IMG/VR virus record: IMGVR_UViG_2872152978_000001
Location: 1-25,455 of that record
Direction: 5' to 3' (one strand)
From: a virus
Taxonomy: Duplodnaviria; Heunggongvirae; Uroviricota; Caudoviricetes
DNA: 25,455 nt
Shown: positions 10,150 to 19,601 of the stretch, piece by piece
Position numbering within the stretch: position 1 is the stretch's first letter
Layout of the letters: the number at the start of each line of letters is the position of its first letter
Notes under the pieces: model-generated
Told to the model about the DNA's origin: nothing
Seen by the model: the letters and a program-made list of their open reading frames with translations, nothing else
The model's database searches: none
Made by a program: the position numbers and the translations under genes

Positions 10150-10695
10150 TCAGGAAGAAATTTCCGGAGAGGCGGGCCATTCAATGGCGTTGTATGAGGT
10201 TTTATCAGTGATGACACTGAAATCCATCGCCTGCAGCGATTTCGCGTAAATGCGGTACGCTTTCAGTTTTTCCCGGTCTTCGTCGCTGATTAGCCCCAGC
10301 AGCAGGTCTTCTTCCCATTCCCCTGTCCGGGCACTGACCTGAGCCAGAAGGGCATCACGCTCATCTTCCGCTTTGAGTCTGTAGTCAAAGACAAATTCAT
10401 CATTGCGGTAAAACCAGTAACCCGGCGCGGTAATGCGGCGGTTGGCGGTAATATCAGGAACTTCAATAACACTGGCGTTACGGGGTTCAATGCCTGTCAC
10501 ATCCTTACCGACCCACACCACGCGCCCGTCTCCGGTGTAAACCATTTTTATGGTGTCACTGGCAAAGTTCTTCTGTTCTTCATACCAGTTTTTGCCGTCT
10601 TCCGAAAAAAGCCAGGTGACATCATACTGTTTTGTCAGCTGATATTGTTCCGCGGTTTTCGGATTACCTGCCGTAATATTTTTTAAATGCAACAT
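10150..10695 (-). CDS. tail fibre assembly protein (P2 gpG / Mu U-like)
   Basis: N-terminus MLHLKNITAGNPKTAEQYQLTKQYDVTWLFSEDGKNWYEE... closely resembles P2 gpG-type chaperones; lies right after the tail-fibre gene it would serve. Confidence 0.8.
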   Translation of the reverse strand: MLHLKNITAGNPKTAEQYQLTKQYDVTWLFSEDGKNWYEEQKNFASDTIKMVYTGDGRVVWVGKDVTGIEPRNASVIEVPDITANRRITAPGYWFYRNDEFVFDYRLKAEDERDALLAQVSARTGEWEEDLLLGLISDEDREKLKAYRIYAKSLQAMDFSVITDKTSYNAIEWPASPEISS

Positions 10696-10979
10696 TGTTA
10701 AATACTCGCTACGTTATACCAGGTGCCATTAATCAGTTTTTGCAGCGGTCGGTAATACACACCGTTGACGTTATCCGCTGAGTTACGGCCGGTATCCGAT
10801 ATCGATATCCCTGACAACCCGTGTCCCGAAGGTGAGCGAAACGTCCATGAAACGGTGTTGCTGCCAGGGTTGTAATACATTTCATAACCATACCGCACAT
10901 CCTGTACCCCCTCAGTTCGATGTTGGTGATGCTGCCAACTTACTGATTTAGTGTATGATGGTGTTTTTGAGGTGCTCCA

Positions 10980-11255
10980 GTGGCTTCTGTTTCTATCAGC
11001 TGTCCCTCCTGTTCAGCTACTGACGGGGTGGTGCGTAACGGCAAAAGCACTGCCGGACATCAGCGCTATCTCTGCTCTCACTGCCGTAAAACATGGCAAC
11101 TGCAGTTCACTTACACCGCTTCTCAACCCGGTACGCACCAGAAAATTATTGATATGGCCATGAATGGCGTTGGATGCCGGGCAACTGCACGCATTATGGG
11201 CGTTAGCCTCAACACGATTTTACGTCACTTAAAAAACTCAGGCCGCAGTCGGTAA
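10980..11255 (+). CDS. insA: IS1 InsA
   Basis: 91-aa [40 protein letters not shown]... recognised as IS1 InsA. Confidence 0.95.
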   Translation: MASVSISCPSCSATDGVVRNGKSTAGHQRYLCSHCRKTWQLQFTYTASQPGTHQKIIDMAMNGVGCRATARIMGVSLNTILRHLKNSGRSR

Positions 11256-11299
11256 CCTCGCGCATACAGCCGGGCAGTGACGTCATCGTCTGCGCGGAA

Positions 11300-11677
11300 A
11301 TGGACGAACAGTGGGGATACGTCGGGGCTAAATCGCGCCAGCGCTGGCTGTTTTACGCGTATGACAGGCCCCGGAAGACGGTTGTTGCGCACGTATTCGG
11401 TGAACGCACTATGGCGACGCTGGGGCGTCTTATGAGCTTGCTGTCACCCTTTGACGTGGTGATATGGATGACGGATGGCTGGCCACTGTATGAATCCCGC
11501 CTGAAGGGAAAGCTGCACGTAATCAGCAAGCGATATACGCAGCGAATTGAGCGGCATAACCTGAATCTGAGGCAGCACCTGGCACGGCTGGGACGGAAGT
11601 CGCTGTCGTTCTCAAAATCGGTGGAGCTGCATGACAAAGTCATCGGGCATTATCTGAACATAAAACACTATCAATAA
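11300..11677 (+). CDS. insB: IS1 InsB reading frame (expressed as InsAB' by frameshift)
   Basis: 125-aa ORF recognised as the C-terminal part of IS1 InsB. Confidence 0.9.
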   Translation: MDEQWGYVGAKSRQRWLFYAYDRPRKTVVAHVFGERTMATLGRLMSLLSPFDVVIWMTDGWPLYESRLKGKLHVISKRYTQRIERHNLNLRQHLARLGRKSLSFSKSVELHDKVIGHYLNIKHYQ

Positions 11678-12672
11678 GTTGGAGTCATTACCTTCGATGT
11701 TTATAGCGGGCATCGAAGTTTCCGTAATTTAACGGAATTACCTGTCCGTTTACAGCGAATGTGATACTACCATCGGTATTTCTCTGGCTGTAGAAATGCC
11801 AGCCGGAATCATCACCAAGCTCTGCAACAACAGGCCTGGATGGATTACCCCACAAATAAAACGCTGCATTTTTCGTGGAGTTGTTGGCGCTGGATAACGT
11901 GAATTTTTTAGCATTTCCGGCCTGAATATTTTTTAACGCTATCGCCACACCATTCTGGAAACGAAATACATGCTGTCCATTCGCATAAACATCCAGAATG
12001 CCGTCGCCGTTTTGTTTTATACCTGTATCGTTATCCCCGAAAGCAATTGAATTCCCCCCCCCCAGGGCGTTCTGAACGCCGATACCCAGCGCACCATTGA
12101 CCTGCGAACCACCGCCAACAGACACTTTATGCGACATGGATATTTCACCCGTCCGCAGATTAATGGTGAACGGGCGCAGGGGACCAATATCGCCATTTTC
12201 CCCCTGACCTTCACTGGTGGGAATAAGGTGCAGGCACTCTTCCGAACGACGAAAAATCAGGCCAAAAGCTTCGTTGAAAATCCTCAGCGCATTAACACCA
12301 CGGATTTTCAGCTCTCCGGTCATGGTGTCGCCATCACGCTGAACGGCATTTTTTGCCTTATCCACCGTGGGTTTTAATCCGAGGTTTTCAACAGCCTCAT
12401 CCCTGTCTTCCACATCCGAAAGGTTATTTTTTATCAGCAATGCCTCTTCGTTAATTGCACCGCCCACCAGCAATAATATAGCCTTATATAGCTGGTCGTG
12501 TTCTTCTTTATTCAGTTCTATCCCGGCCTTCTCAATGACACCACAGATTTCCTCCTGAATGGCATTCCACATGGCACTGTTCAGCCAGGTAGCAAGACGT
12601 CCTGTGCGAAGATTTCCGTCAGTAAATCCGTTCTTACCCGGACCAAACTTATCTTTTACCGCAGTCAGCGTA

Positions 12673-13263
12673 TCAATCCTGTGCATCTTCATCCTCATCT
12701 GGATAGGAAAATAAAACGACGGTGTGTGACGGACATAATTTATTAATCACGCACTCCGCAACCGTATCCCCCCACGTCCGGATCGGTGTGTTGCAGGCGT
12801 CCGTGCATGTCTGCCACTGAGCACCGGCATCCACCGGCAACGTCACACGCCAGAAATAACGCCAGCGATCTCCCCATTCCGGATCGGGGCTTGCATCCAG
12901 GTGCTGGAACTGTTCGATCGTTACGCCGGTATATCCCAGCGCCTCAAGCTAATCCAGGAAGAACTGCTCATTTATGCCACCAGCCACATTGGCTTTTGCT
13001 TCAAGACGTTGCTGACGCTGGCGTAATGTCTGGGTTCCGACAGGGGAACAGGAATCAGGTAAACCATACAATTCTTCATAACGTTCAATCAGCTCTGTGG
13101 ACTGACCGGGATCGATTTCAATCACCAGTTCATCAGCCCGCTGGTGAACACGCACAAGCGATGGTGCCAGACCGTCAAGTACACCGTCGGTATCTGACCA
13201 TGCAGGCCCCGGCGGCATCAGTCCGTACAGCAGCTTTGTATAATCATCCTGTAACGAATCCAT
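12673..13263 (-). pseudogene. phage tail protein (Mu gp48 / YmfQ-like, DUF2313) with in-frame amber codon
   Basis: [22 protein letters not shown]... (104 aa), TAG at 12949–12951, then the same frame continues LEALGYTGVTIEQFQ... for 91 more codons to 12673; total about 196 aa. Confidence 0.6.
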
Positions 13264-13438
13264 TATTTACTCCTTGCCGGGTCATAAGCCTGCCAGGTGA
13301 TCTCGCCGAGCACCGGAAGCTCGGTCTCCCCCAGGTCAATATCCGATGAAGGGACGATTAACCGGTGGGCCACTTCACCAGCAGACAAACTGATGGCCTC
13401 ACTGATTCTGGACAGATACATACGCCCCTCTGGCACAC
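13263..13438 (-). pseudogene. C-terminal fragment of an upstream tail/baseplate gene, truncated by IS600
   Basis: 58 codons of host-side ORF fused to IS600 end sequence (the chimeric ORF MPFYFRKECPLNSGYL...); its stop overlaps the DUF2313 start (TAATG). Baseplate (Mu gp47-like) identity is inferred from position only. Confidence 0.4.
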
Positions 13439-13502
13439 TGAGGTAGCCTGAGTTTAACGGACACTCCTTCCTGAAATAGAATGGCATCAGAAGGAGCTAA
13501 TA

Positions 13503-13805
13503 ATGAGCAGAAAAAACCAACGTTACTCTAAAGAGTTCAAAGCCGAAGCTGTCAGAACGGTTCTTGAAAATCAACTTTCGATCAGTGAAGGCGCTTCCCG
13601 ATTATCCCTTCCTGAAGGCACTTTAGGACAATGGGTTACCGCCGCCAGAAAAGGGCTCGGTACTCCTGGTTCCCGCACGGTGGCTGAACTGGAATCTGAA
13701 ATTCTGCAACTGCGTAAGGCGTTAAATGAAGCTCGCCTTGAGCGAGATATATTAAAAAAAGCAACAGCGTATTTTGCACAGGAGTCGCTGAAAAATACGC
13801 GTTAA
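13503..13805 (+). CDS. IS600 OrfA
   Basis: 100-aa HTH/leucine-zipper ORF MSRKNQRYSKEFKAEAVRTVLENQLSISEGASRL..., identical in copies 2 and 3. Confidence 0.92.
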   Translation: MSRKNQRYSKEFKAEAVRTVLENQLSISEGASRLSLPEGTLGQWVTAARKGLGTPGSRTVAELESEILQLRKALNEARLERDILKKATAYFAQESLKNTR

Positions 13806-13840
13806 TCGAACAATGGCGACAACAATTTCCCATTGAAGCG

Positions 13841-14659
13841 ATGTGTCAGGTATTTGGTGTATCCAGGAGCGGTTATTACAACTGGGTACAGCATGAACCC
13901 TCAGACAGAAAACAAAGTGATGAGCGGCTAAAACTGGAGATTAAGGTGGCACATATCCGCACTCGCGAAACATATGGAACCCGGCGGCTCCAGACGGAGC
14001 TGGCAGAGAATGGCATCATCGTTGGTCGTGACCGACTGGCACGTCTTCGTAAGGAGCTAAGGCTACGCTGTAAGCAGAAACGCAAGTTCAGAGCGACTAC
14101 GAACCCGAACCACAATCTGCCAGTTGCGCCAAATCTGCTGAACCAGACGTTCGCTCCTACAGCACCAAATCAGGTCTGGGTGGCGGACCTGACGTATGTT
14201 GCCACACAGGAGGGATGGTTGTACCTCGCTGGCATCAAAGATGTTTATACGTGCGAAATTGTCGGCTACGCCATGGGAGAGCGCATGACAAAAGAGCTGA
14301 CAGGTAAAGCCCTGTTTATGGCGCTCAGGAGCCAGCGCCCACCTGCCGGGCTAATCCACCACTCTGATCGAGGTTCACAGTACTGCGCATACGATTACCG
14401 GGTCATACAGGAGCAGTCTGGTCTGAAAACATCAATGTCGCGTAAAGGTCACTGTTACGACAACGCTCCGATGGAAAGCTTCTGGGGAACGCTGAAAAAT
14501 GAGAGCCTGAGCCACTATCGTTTTAATAACCGGGATGAAGCCATCTCAGTAATACGGGAATACATTGAGATTTTCTACAATCGTCAGCGTCGTCACTCTC
14601 GTCTGGGGAATATCTCCCCGGCAGCCTTCAGGGAAAAATATCATCAGATGGCTGCTTAA
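13841..14659 (+). CDS. IS600 OrfB transposase
   Basis: Identical to the ORF at 1–819 and 22996–23814. Confidence 0.92.
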   Translation: MCQVFGVSRSGYYNWVQHEPSDRKQSDERLKLEIKVAHIRTRETYGTRRLQTELAENGIIVGRDRLARLRKELRLRCKQKRKFRATTNPNHNLPVAPNLLNQTFAPTAPNQVWVADLTYVATQEGWLYLAGIKDVYTCEIVGYAMGERMTKELTGKALFMALRSQRPPAGLIHHSDRGSQYCAYDYRVIQEQSGLKTSMSRKGHCYDNAPMESFWGTLKNESLSHYRFNNRDEAISVIREYIEIFYNRQRRHSRLGNISPAAFREKYHQMAA

Positions 14660-14702
14660 AAAAAGAACAAATGGTAGTGTCCGCTATTGCCAGTACACCT
14701 CA

Positions 14703-15458
14703 CTGAGCCGGAGATTCCGGATCAACGGCAATGCTGACCACCGTCTCTTCCTGTGGTGGATTCTGTTGCTGGTGGGCGTGAGGCAGCAGCGCAAGATTTT
14801 TTGTGCGCTGCTTCAGTATGCTGGTAGCGGTCTGCTCTCCCGGCACGATGTCGCTTTCACGGTACATTGAGCGGATTTTTTCCGCACGCAACCCCAGCGA
14901 ACGACGTAATACCGCTTCCGGTAGCGCGTCCGCCACCTGATTGCGGACCGCCTACCAGGATAATTCAGCCAGAGATAATTCACGCTCCTGCGTACCGCTT
15001 ATTGCGTGACCGATGACGTCAATCATCCATGCTGACAGGTTTTGATGAGCAAGTTGCTCGAGTGATTCGGATGTCTGGTCACGCAACTGGTTGTCGCAGT
15101 GCCAGCACAACACCATTGCGCCGGTACCATAACGGTGAATGACGGTTTCGCTGTGATGATAATCGCCGTGTGGCCACTGGCAGGATTTAATATGGCGCAA
15201 CAGCCAGTCAGACAATGCACCAGCACCACCAGCAGCACGAATCACCCGTGCGTTACTGAAAAACGGCAGCAATGTTTTGTCTTCCACTAGCGGCTGGCGA
15301 ACGGCAGGAACGACCCCGGACGGCAGATTACGCATGCTTTTCGGTTCCGGCTCCACCAGTACCCGGGTATTGTGGAATACCGGCATGGATTCACGGCCTG
15401 GCTTAAGGACCACCAGCCCGAGTTCCGGAACCAGAACAGGTCGAAGTAATACCCGCAC
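14703..15458 (-). pseudogene. lambdoid prophage protein (YdfU-like, probable DUF968), in-frame amber codon and 3' truncation by IS600
   Basis: MRVLLRPVLVPELGLVVLKPGRE...CQWPHGDYHHSETVIHRYGTGAMVLCWHCDNQLRDQTSE resembles Qin-prophage YdfU as I recall it; TAG at 14949–14951 with the frame continuing to the IS600 end, where the first in-frame stop is the IS terminal TGA. Confidence 0.5.
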
Positions 15459-15459
15459 A

Positions 15460-15738
15460 TTACCTCCAGATCCGTTGCTGGAATGTGCAGGACGGACGCG
15501 GTGGCCGTTCGGAATAAGGGAGCCTGACGAAGATTATCCAGTGACGATAATCGAGACTGAGGGCTTTCTTAATCTCGTATCCGTGTCTGCGGTAGCGCTG
15601 AATCAGCCATTCAGCCTGTTCTTCGGTGCAGGGGTCGTGCTGATACCAGTCAGATTTGAATGCATGAGAACGCCGCCCGTGCCTGCTGGCAGGGGCGGCA
15701 GAGTTATCCGAATTGTAAAATTTGGTATCGTGCGCCAT
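15460..15738 (-). CDS. hypothetical prophage protein (in the rem-like position between hokD and the ydfU-like gene)
   Basis: 92-aa ORF from the internal Met; the longer six-frame ORF reads through the upstream terminator hairpin and was trimmed; its stop sits 1 nt before the next gene's start. Confidence 0.45.
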   Translation of the reverse strand: MAHDTKFYNSDNSAAPASRHGRRSHAFKSDWYQHDPCTEEQAEWLIQRYRRHGYEIKKALSLDYRHWIIFVRLPYSERPPRPSCTFQQRIWR

Positions 15739-15808
15739 CTGTTTTCTCTGCTGGCGCAGCAGGTGCCAGTTGTTCAGGCTGACGGATGGATTGTAAACCA
15801 GAACGACC

Positions 15809-15837
15809 AGAAAAAACAAAACCCGCCGAAGCGGGTT
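15809..15837 (-). terminator. rho-independent terminator downstream of hokD
   Basis: AACCCGC-TTCG-GCGGGTT hairpin followed on the minus strand by TTGTTTTTTC. Confidence 0.6.
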
Positions 15838-15905
15838 AAGTGCGGGTGCGTTGAGGATGCCTGACACATCAGCGGTGGCGAGGGATTTCTCCCCCGCCGG
15901 GTCTC

Positions 15906-16061
15906 TTACTCCTCAGGTTCGTAAGCTGTGAAGACAGCGACCTCCGTCTGGCCGGTTCGGATTCGTACCTCGCAGAGGTCTTTCCTCGTTACCAGTGCCG
16001 TCACTATGACGGTTAAACAGATGACGATAAGGGCGATTAACATCGCCTTTTGCTGCTTCAT
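15906..16061 (-). CDS. hokD: Hok/Gef-family type I toxin (HokD/RelF-like)
   Basis: 51-aa MKQQKAMLIALIVICLTVIVTALVTRKDLCEVRIRTGQTEVAVFTAYEPEE matches HokD as recalled; AAGGAG RBS upstream; the six-frame ORF has a mok-like N-terminal extension. Confidence 0.85.
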   Translation of the reverse strand: MKQQKAMLIALIVICLTVIVTALVTRKDLCEVRIRTGQTEVAVFTAYEPEE

Positions 16062-16320
16062 AGCCTGCTTCTCCTTGCCTTTCGGCACGTAAGAGGCTAA
16101 CCTACATGTGTTCAGCATGGATTGAGCCTCAGATTAATGTTAAGCGTCTTGCAGGACGCGTAATGTTAACTGGGGCTTTTCTCTATCTGCCTTTTGGTGT
16201 TCATGCCTGAGACGGATAGCCTCAAGCACCCGCAGTCATTCTACTTAACTAAGATTTCCCTGCAAACCGTTTTTGTCCGGCACAGTAAATATCCAACTAA
16301 ACCAATAGCGTTCGCTGTAT

Positions 16321-16500
16321 TTACCGCCAGTATTCAATGCACATGACCGCCATGAACACCCCTAAAAAAAGGGCATTTATATGTCCAAACATTAATATCA
16401 AAACATCAATTTTTTCCATATACCTTGCTGTGAAGATGATGGGCATACATGATGCGAACAACCAGAACGCAACAAACAAAAACTGCAATGCGTTTTTCAT
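16321..16500 (-). CDS. small hydrophobic membrane protein (59 aa), function unknown
   Basis: MKNALQFLFVAFWLFASCMPIIFTARYMEKIDVLILMFGHINALFLGVFMAVMCIEYWR; strong SD-like AGGGGG just upstream of the ATG at 16500; two predicted hydrophobic helices; AT-rich. Confidence 0.4.
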   Translation of the reverse strand: MKNALQFLFVAFWLFASCMPIIFTARYMEKIDVLILMFGHINALFLGVFMAVMCIEYWR

Positions 16501-16712
16501 TATTCCCCCTACAATCAATGTGCAATAACATTTAAACACACCTCAATTTGGCCGGACATATAAATATCTAAACCAGAAAAAATCACTTACATAGCGTTAC
16601 AAACTCTTTAGTCTAAATACTCATCGTAAAACATTCCCCATACTTATCAGTCCGTTCCGCGCCAGGTAGCTTATTGCCTTATCTGGCAACCTATAATCAG
16701 GTTTCCGCTTTT

Positions 16713-17135
16713 TCAGTTGGCTGGTCGTTTAACCGACATAGTTAACCCATTAATCTGGTTGCCGGATGCTGGTGGATTTTCGCGTTTTAGTTGTTCATAA
16801 AAGTGCACAGCTTTAACCAGTTCTTCTGATGTAACCGGGACTGGTGGGGCAGTGAATAAGGCCTGAATTTCATAGTTCGGCCTGTCGTTACAATCCTCTT
16901 TTTTCGGTACATATTTCCAGTCACCAACCCACAACTCCCCCTGAGAGTCCATAACACCTTTTTTCACGTAGCGATATCGCCACGCTATCGGCTCTGCTTC
17001 CAGCGATGCCCGTGCAATTTTGAATAACTCGCCCTCTACTCGCGCCATCCCTGAATTGGGGTGGCATTTCGTAATCGCTATTTTTAATTTGGCTTCTTCG
17101 ATTAATTGTTCTTTTGTTAATTCAGTCATTTTCAT
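16713..17135 (-). CDS. hypothetical protein (140 aa), function unknown
   Basis: Intact ORF MKMTELTKEQLIEEAKLKIAITK...PIAWRYRYVKKGVMDSQGELWVGDWKYVP...; no family recognised with confidence. Confidence 0.45.
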   Translation of the reverse strand: MKMTELTKEQLIEEAKLKIAITKCHPNSGMARVEGELFKIARASLEAEPIAWRYRYVKKGVMDSQGELWVGDWKYVPKKEDCNDRPNYEIQALFTAPPVPVTSEELVKAVHFYEQLKRENPPASGNQINGLTMSVKRPAN

Positions 17136-17219
17136 TACCGCCCTTTCAGTAAGCGTACAGCCTGAACCGTCTGGTCAGAATCTGACGAATTAGACAAAGT
17201 GGTGTCCACCAAATAAGTA

Positions 17220-17621
17220 GTGGGAACCAAAGTGTCAGATATGCAGAAAAATGTGAATCCCGGCAGGCGAAAAGGCTGCCCTAATTATCCTCCCGAATTT
17301 AAACAGCAGCTCGTTGCTGCCTCCTGTGAACCCGGGATATCCATCTCAAAACTTGCTCTTGAAAATGGCATTAACGCCAATCTGTTGTTCAAATGGCGAC
17401 AACAATGGCGCGAGGGAAAGCTGCTATTACCTTCTTCAGAGAGCCCCCAGCTACTTCCTGTGACTCTCGATGCAGCTGCCGAACAGCCAGAATCGCTCGC
17501 AGAGGATCCGGAAACCCTCAGTATCAGCTGTGAGGTAACGTTCCGGCACGGGACGCTCCGCTTCAATGGCAATGTCAGCGAAAAGCTCCTGACTCTGCTG
17601 ATACAGGAACTGAAGCGATGA
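17220..17621 (+). CDS. IS66-family accessory protein TnpA (OrfA)
   Basis: 133-aa ORF recognised as IS66 OrfA; may start at the GTG at 17220 or the ATG at 17241. Confidence 0.8.
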   Translation: MGTKVSDMQKNVNPGRRKGCPNYPPEFKQQLVAASCEPGISISKLALENGINANLLFKWRQQWREGKLLLPSSESPQLLPVTLDAAAEQPESLAEDPETLSISCEVTFRHGTLRFNGNVSEKLLTLLIQELKR

Positions 17622-17965
17622 TCCCGTTACCTTCCGGGACCAAAATTTGGCTGGTTGCCGGTATCACCGATATGAGAAATGGCTTCAACGGCCTGGCGGC
17701 AAAGGTGCAGACGACGCTGAAAGACGATCCGATGTCAGGTCACGTTTTTATCTTCCGTGGGCGTAATGGCAGTCAGGTAAAGCTCCTCTGGTCTACCGGC
17801 GATGGACTGTGTCTGCTGACCAAACGGCTGGAGCGCGGCCGCTTCGCCTGGCCGTCAGCCCGGGATGGCAAAGTGTTCCTCACACCGGCACAGCTGGCGA
17901 TGCTCCTTGAAGGTATCGACTGGCGGCAGCCTAAAAGACTGCTTACGTCCCTGACTATGTTGTAA
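17618..17965 (+). CDS. IS66-family TnpB (OrfB)
   Basis: 115-aa ORF overlapping OrfA by ATGA; recognised as IS66 OrfB. Confidence 0.85.
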   Translation: MIPLPSGTKIWLVAGITDMRNGFNGLAAKVQTTLKDDPMSGHVFIFRGRNGSQVKLLWSTGDGLCLLTKRLERGRFAWPSARDGKVFLTPAQLAMLLEGIDWRQPKRLLTSLTML

Positions 17966-18013
17966 GCCTCTTTATCCTGGTCGACGCTGAATGAGCCTGG
18001 TAATATACCCGGT

Positions 18014-19552
18014 ATGAGCAGCTCACTTCCTGACGATATCAATGCACTGAAACGTCTCCTTGCCGAACAGGAGGCGCTGAACCGTGCCCTGCTGGAAAAG
18101 CTGAACGAGCGTGAACGCGAAATAGACCATCTGCAGGCACAGCTGGATAAGCTGCGCCGGATGAACTTCGGCAGCCGCTCCGAAAAAGTCTCCCGTCGTA
18201 TCGCACAGATGGAAGCTGACCTGAAGGCACTTCAGAAAGAAAGTGATACCCTTACCGGTCGGGTTGACGACCCGGCCGTGCAGCGCCCGCTGCGTCAAAC
18301 CCGCACCCGCAAACCGTTCCCCGAATCACTCCCCCGCGATGAAAAACGGCTGCTGCCGGCAGCGTCATGCTGCCCGGAATGTGGAGGCTCACTGAGCTAT
18401 CCGGGTGAGGATGCCGCCGAACAGCTGGAGTTGATGCGCAGCGTCTTCCGGGTTATCCGGACTGTACGTGAAAAGCATGCCTGTACTCAGTGCGATGCCA
18501 TCGTGCAGGCCCCCGCGCCTTCACGGCCCATCGAGCGGGGTATCGCAGGACCGGGGCTGCTGGCCCGCGTGCTGATCTCAAAGTATGCAGAGCACACCCC
18601 GCTGTACCGCCAGTCTGAAATGTACGGCCGCCAGGGCGTGGAGCTGAGTCGTTCACTGCTGTCGGGCTGGGTGGATGCATGCTGCCGGCTACTGTCACCG
18701 CTGGAAGAAGCGCTTCAGGACTATGTGCTGACTGACGGTAAGCTCCATGCTGATGACACGCCTGTCCCGGTGCTGTTGCCAGGCAATAAGAAAACGAAGA
18801 CCGGGCGGTTATGGACCTACGTTCGTGACGACCGTAACGCCGGGTCAACGCTGGCGCCGGCGGTGTGGTTCGCTTACAGCCCGGACAGAAAAGGCATCCA
18901 TCCGCAGACCCATCTTGCGGGGTTCAGTGGTGTACTGCAGGCGGATGCATACGCCGGGTTCAACGAGCTGTACCGGGATGGCCGGATAACGGAAGCCGCC
19001 TGTTGGGCTCACGCCCGCCGTAAAATCCACGATGTGCACGTTCGCACCCCGTCAGCCCTGACGGAGGAAGCGCTGAAACGGATCGGCGAACTGTACGCCA
19101 TCGAGGCAGAGATAAGGGGAATGACGGCGGAGCAGCGCCTTGCCGAACGTCAGTTGAAAACGAAACCGCTGCTGAAATCCCTGGAAAGCTGGCTGCGTGA
19201 AAAGATGAAAACCCTGTCGCGACACTCAGAACTGGCGAAAGCGTTCGCATACGCCCTGAACCAGTGGCCGGCGCTGACGTACTATGCAGATGATGGCTGG
19301 GCTGAGGCGGACAATAACATCGCTGAAAATGCGTTGCGGATGGTCAGTCTGGGCCGCAAAAACTACCTGTTCTTCGGTTCGGATCATGGAGGAGAGCGGG
19401 GAGCGCTGCTGTACAGCCTGATCGGGACGTGCAAACTGAACGGAGTGGAGCCAGAAAGCTACCTCCGCTATGTCCTTGACGTCATAGCCGACTGGCCGAT
19501 AAACCGGGTCGGCGAACTGCTCCCCTGGCGCGTAGCACTGCCGACTGAATAA
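18014..19552 (+). CDS. IS66-family transposase TnpC
   Basis: 512-aa ORF with N-terminal coiled coil, CxxC zinc motifs and the IS66 DDE core. Confidence 0.9.
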   Translation: MSSSLPDDINALKRLLAEQEALNRALLEKLNEREREIDHLQAQLDKLRRMNFGSRSEKVSRRIAQMEADLKALQKESDTLTGRVDDPAVQRPLRQTRTRKPFPESLPRDEKRLLPAASCCPECGGSLSYPGEDAAEQLELMRSVFRVIRTVREKHACTQCDAIVQAPAPSRPIERGIAGPGLLARVLISKYAEHTPLYRQSEMYGRQGVELSRSLLSGWVDACCRLLSPLEEALQDYVLTDGKLHADDTPVPVLLPGNKKTKTGRLWTYVRDDRNAGSTLAPAVWFAYSPDRKGIHPQTHLAGFSGVLQADAYAGFNELYRDGRITEAACWAHARRKIHDVHVRTPSALTEEALKRIGELYAIEAEIRGMTAEQRLAERQLKTKPLLKSLESWLREKMKTLSRHSELAKAFAYALNQWPALTYYADDGWAEADNNIAENALRMVSLGRKNYLFFGSDHGGERGALLYSLIGTCKLNGVEPESYLRYVLDVIADWPINRVGELLPWRVALPTE

Positions 19553-19601
19553 CACATCCCCGTCAATACGGTTCTTGCTGCACGCTTACTGCTAAATTTA
19601 A

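Larger units (their letters stand above)
10925..11692 (+). mobile_element. IS1, complete 768 bp, with 9-bp target site duplication TTCGATGTT
   Basis: Ends GGTGATGCTGCCAACTTACTGAT... and ...AATAAGTTGGAGTCATTACC; identical 9-bp flanks at 10916–10924 and 11693–11701. Confidence 0.95.
10698..12698 (-). pseudogene. phage tail fibre gene interrupted by IS1
   Basis: ORF 12698–11693 (Gly-rich tail-fibre-like sequence) runs into the IS1 end; after removing the IS1 and one TSD copy the frame continues ...ARYKHRR-TEGVQDVRYGYEMYYNPGS... to the stop at 10698. Confidence 0.75.
13439..14702 (+). mobile_element. IS600 (IS3 family) copy 2, complete 1264 bp, no target site duplication
   Basis: Ends TGAGGTAGCCTGAGTTTAACGGACAC... 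and ...CCAGTACACCTCA; flanking triplets CAC and CTG differ. Confidence 0.92.
17149..19589 (+). mobile_element. IS66-family insertion sequence (ISEc8-like), 2441 bp, no clear target site duplication
   Basis: Terminal inverted repeats GTAAGCGTACAGC... (17149) and ...GCTGCACGCTTAC (19589); three-gene IS66 organisation. Confidence 0.85.

Noticed and set aside
13263-13487. 74-aa ORF MPFYFRKECPLNSGYL... (and the 89-aa version at 22373–22642) as possible IS600 read-out genes
   Set aside because: These are chimeras: the first 16 codons are the IS600 left end read backwards, fused to truncated host genes. Annotated instead as truncated gene remnants.
12949-14951. Possibility that the two in-frame TAG codons reflect programmed amber read-through or a recoded phage
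   Set aside because: The window also contains an in-frame TAA and many IS-truncated genes; ordinary pseudogene formation is the simpler explanation, and no suppressor tRNA or recoding signal is visible.
15460-15867. Full 135-aa extent of the minus-strand ORF upstream of the ydfU-like gene
   Set aside because: The N-terminal 43 codons are translated from the hokD terminator hairpin and its T-run; the gene was trimmed to the internal Met at 15738.
18023-19555. Multiple 63–131 aa ORFs on both strands within the IS66 transposase gene
   Set aside because: GC-rich overlapping frames within a well-supported 512-aa transposase ORF; artefacts.
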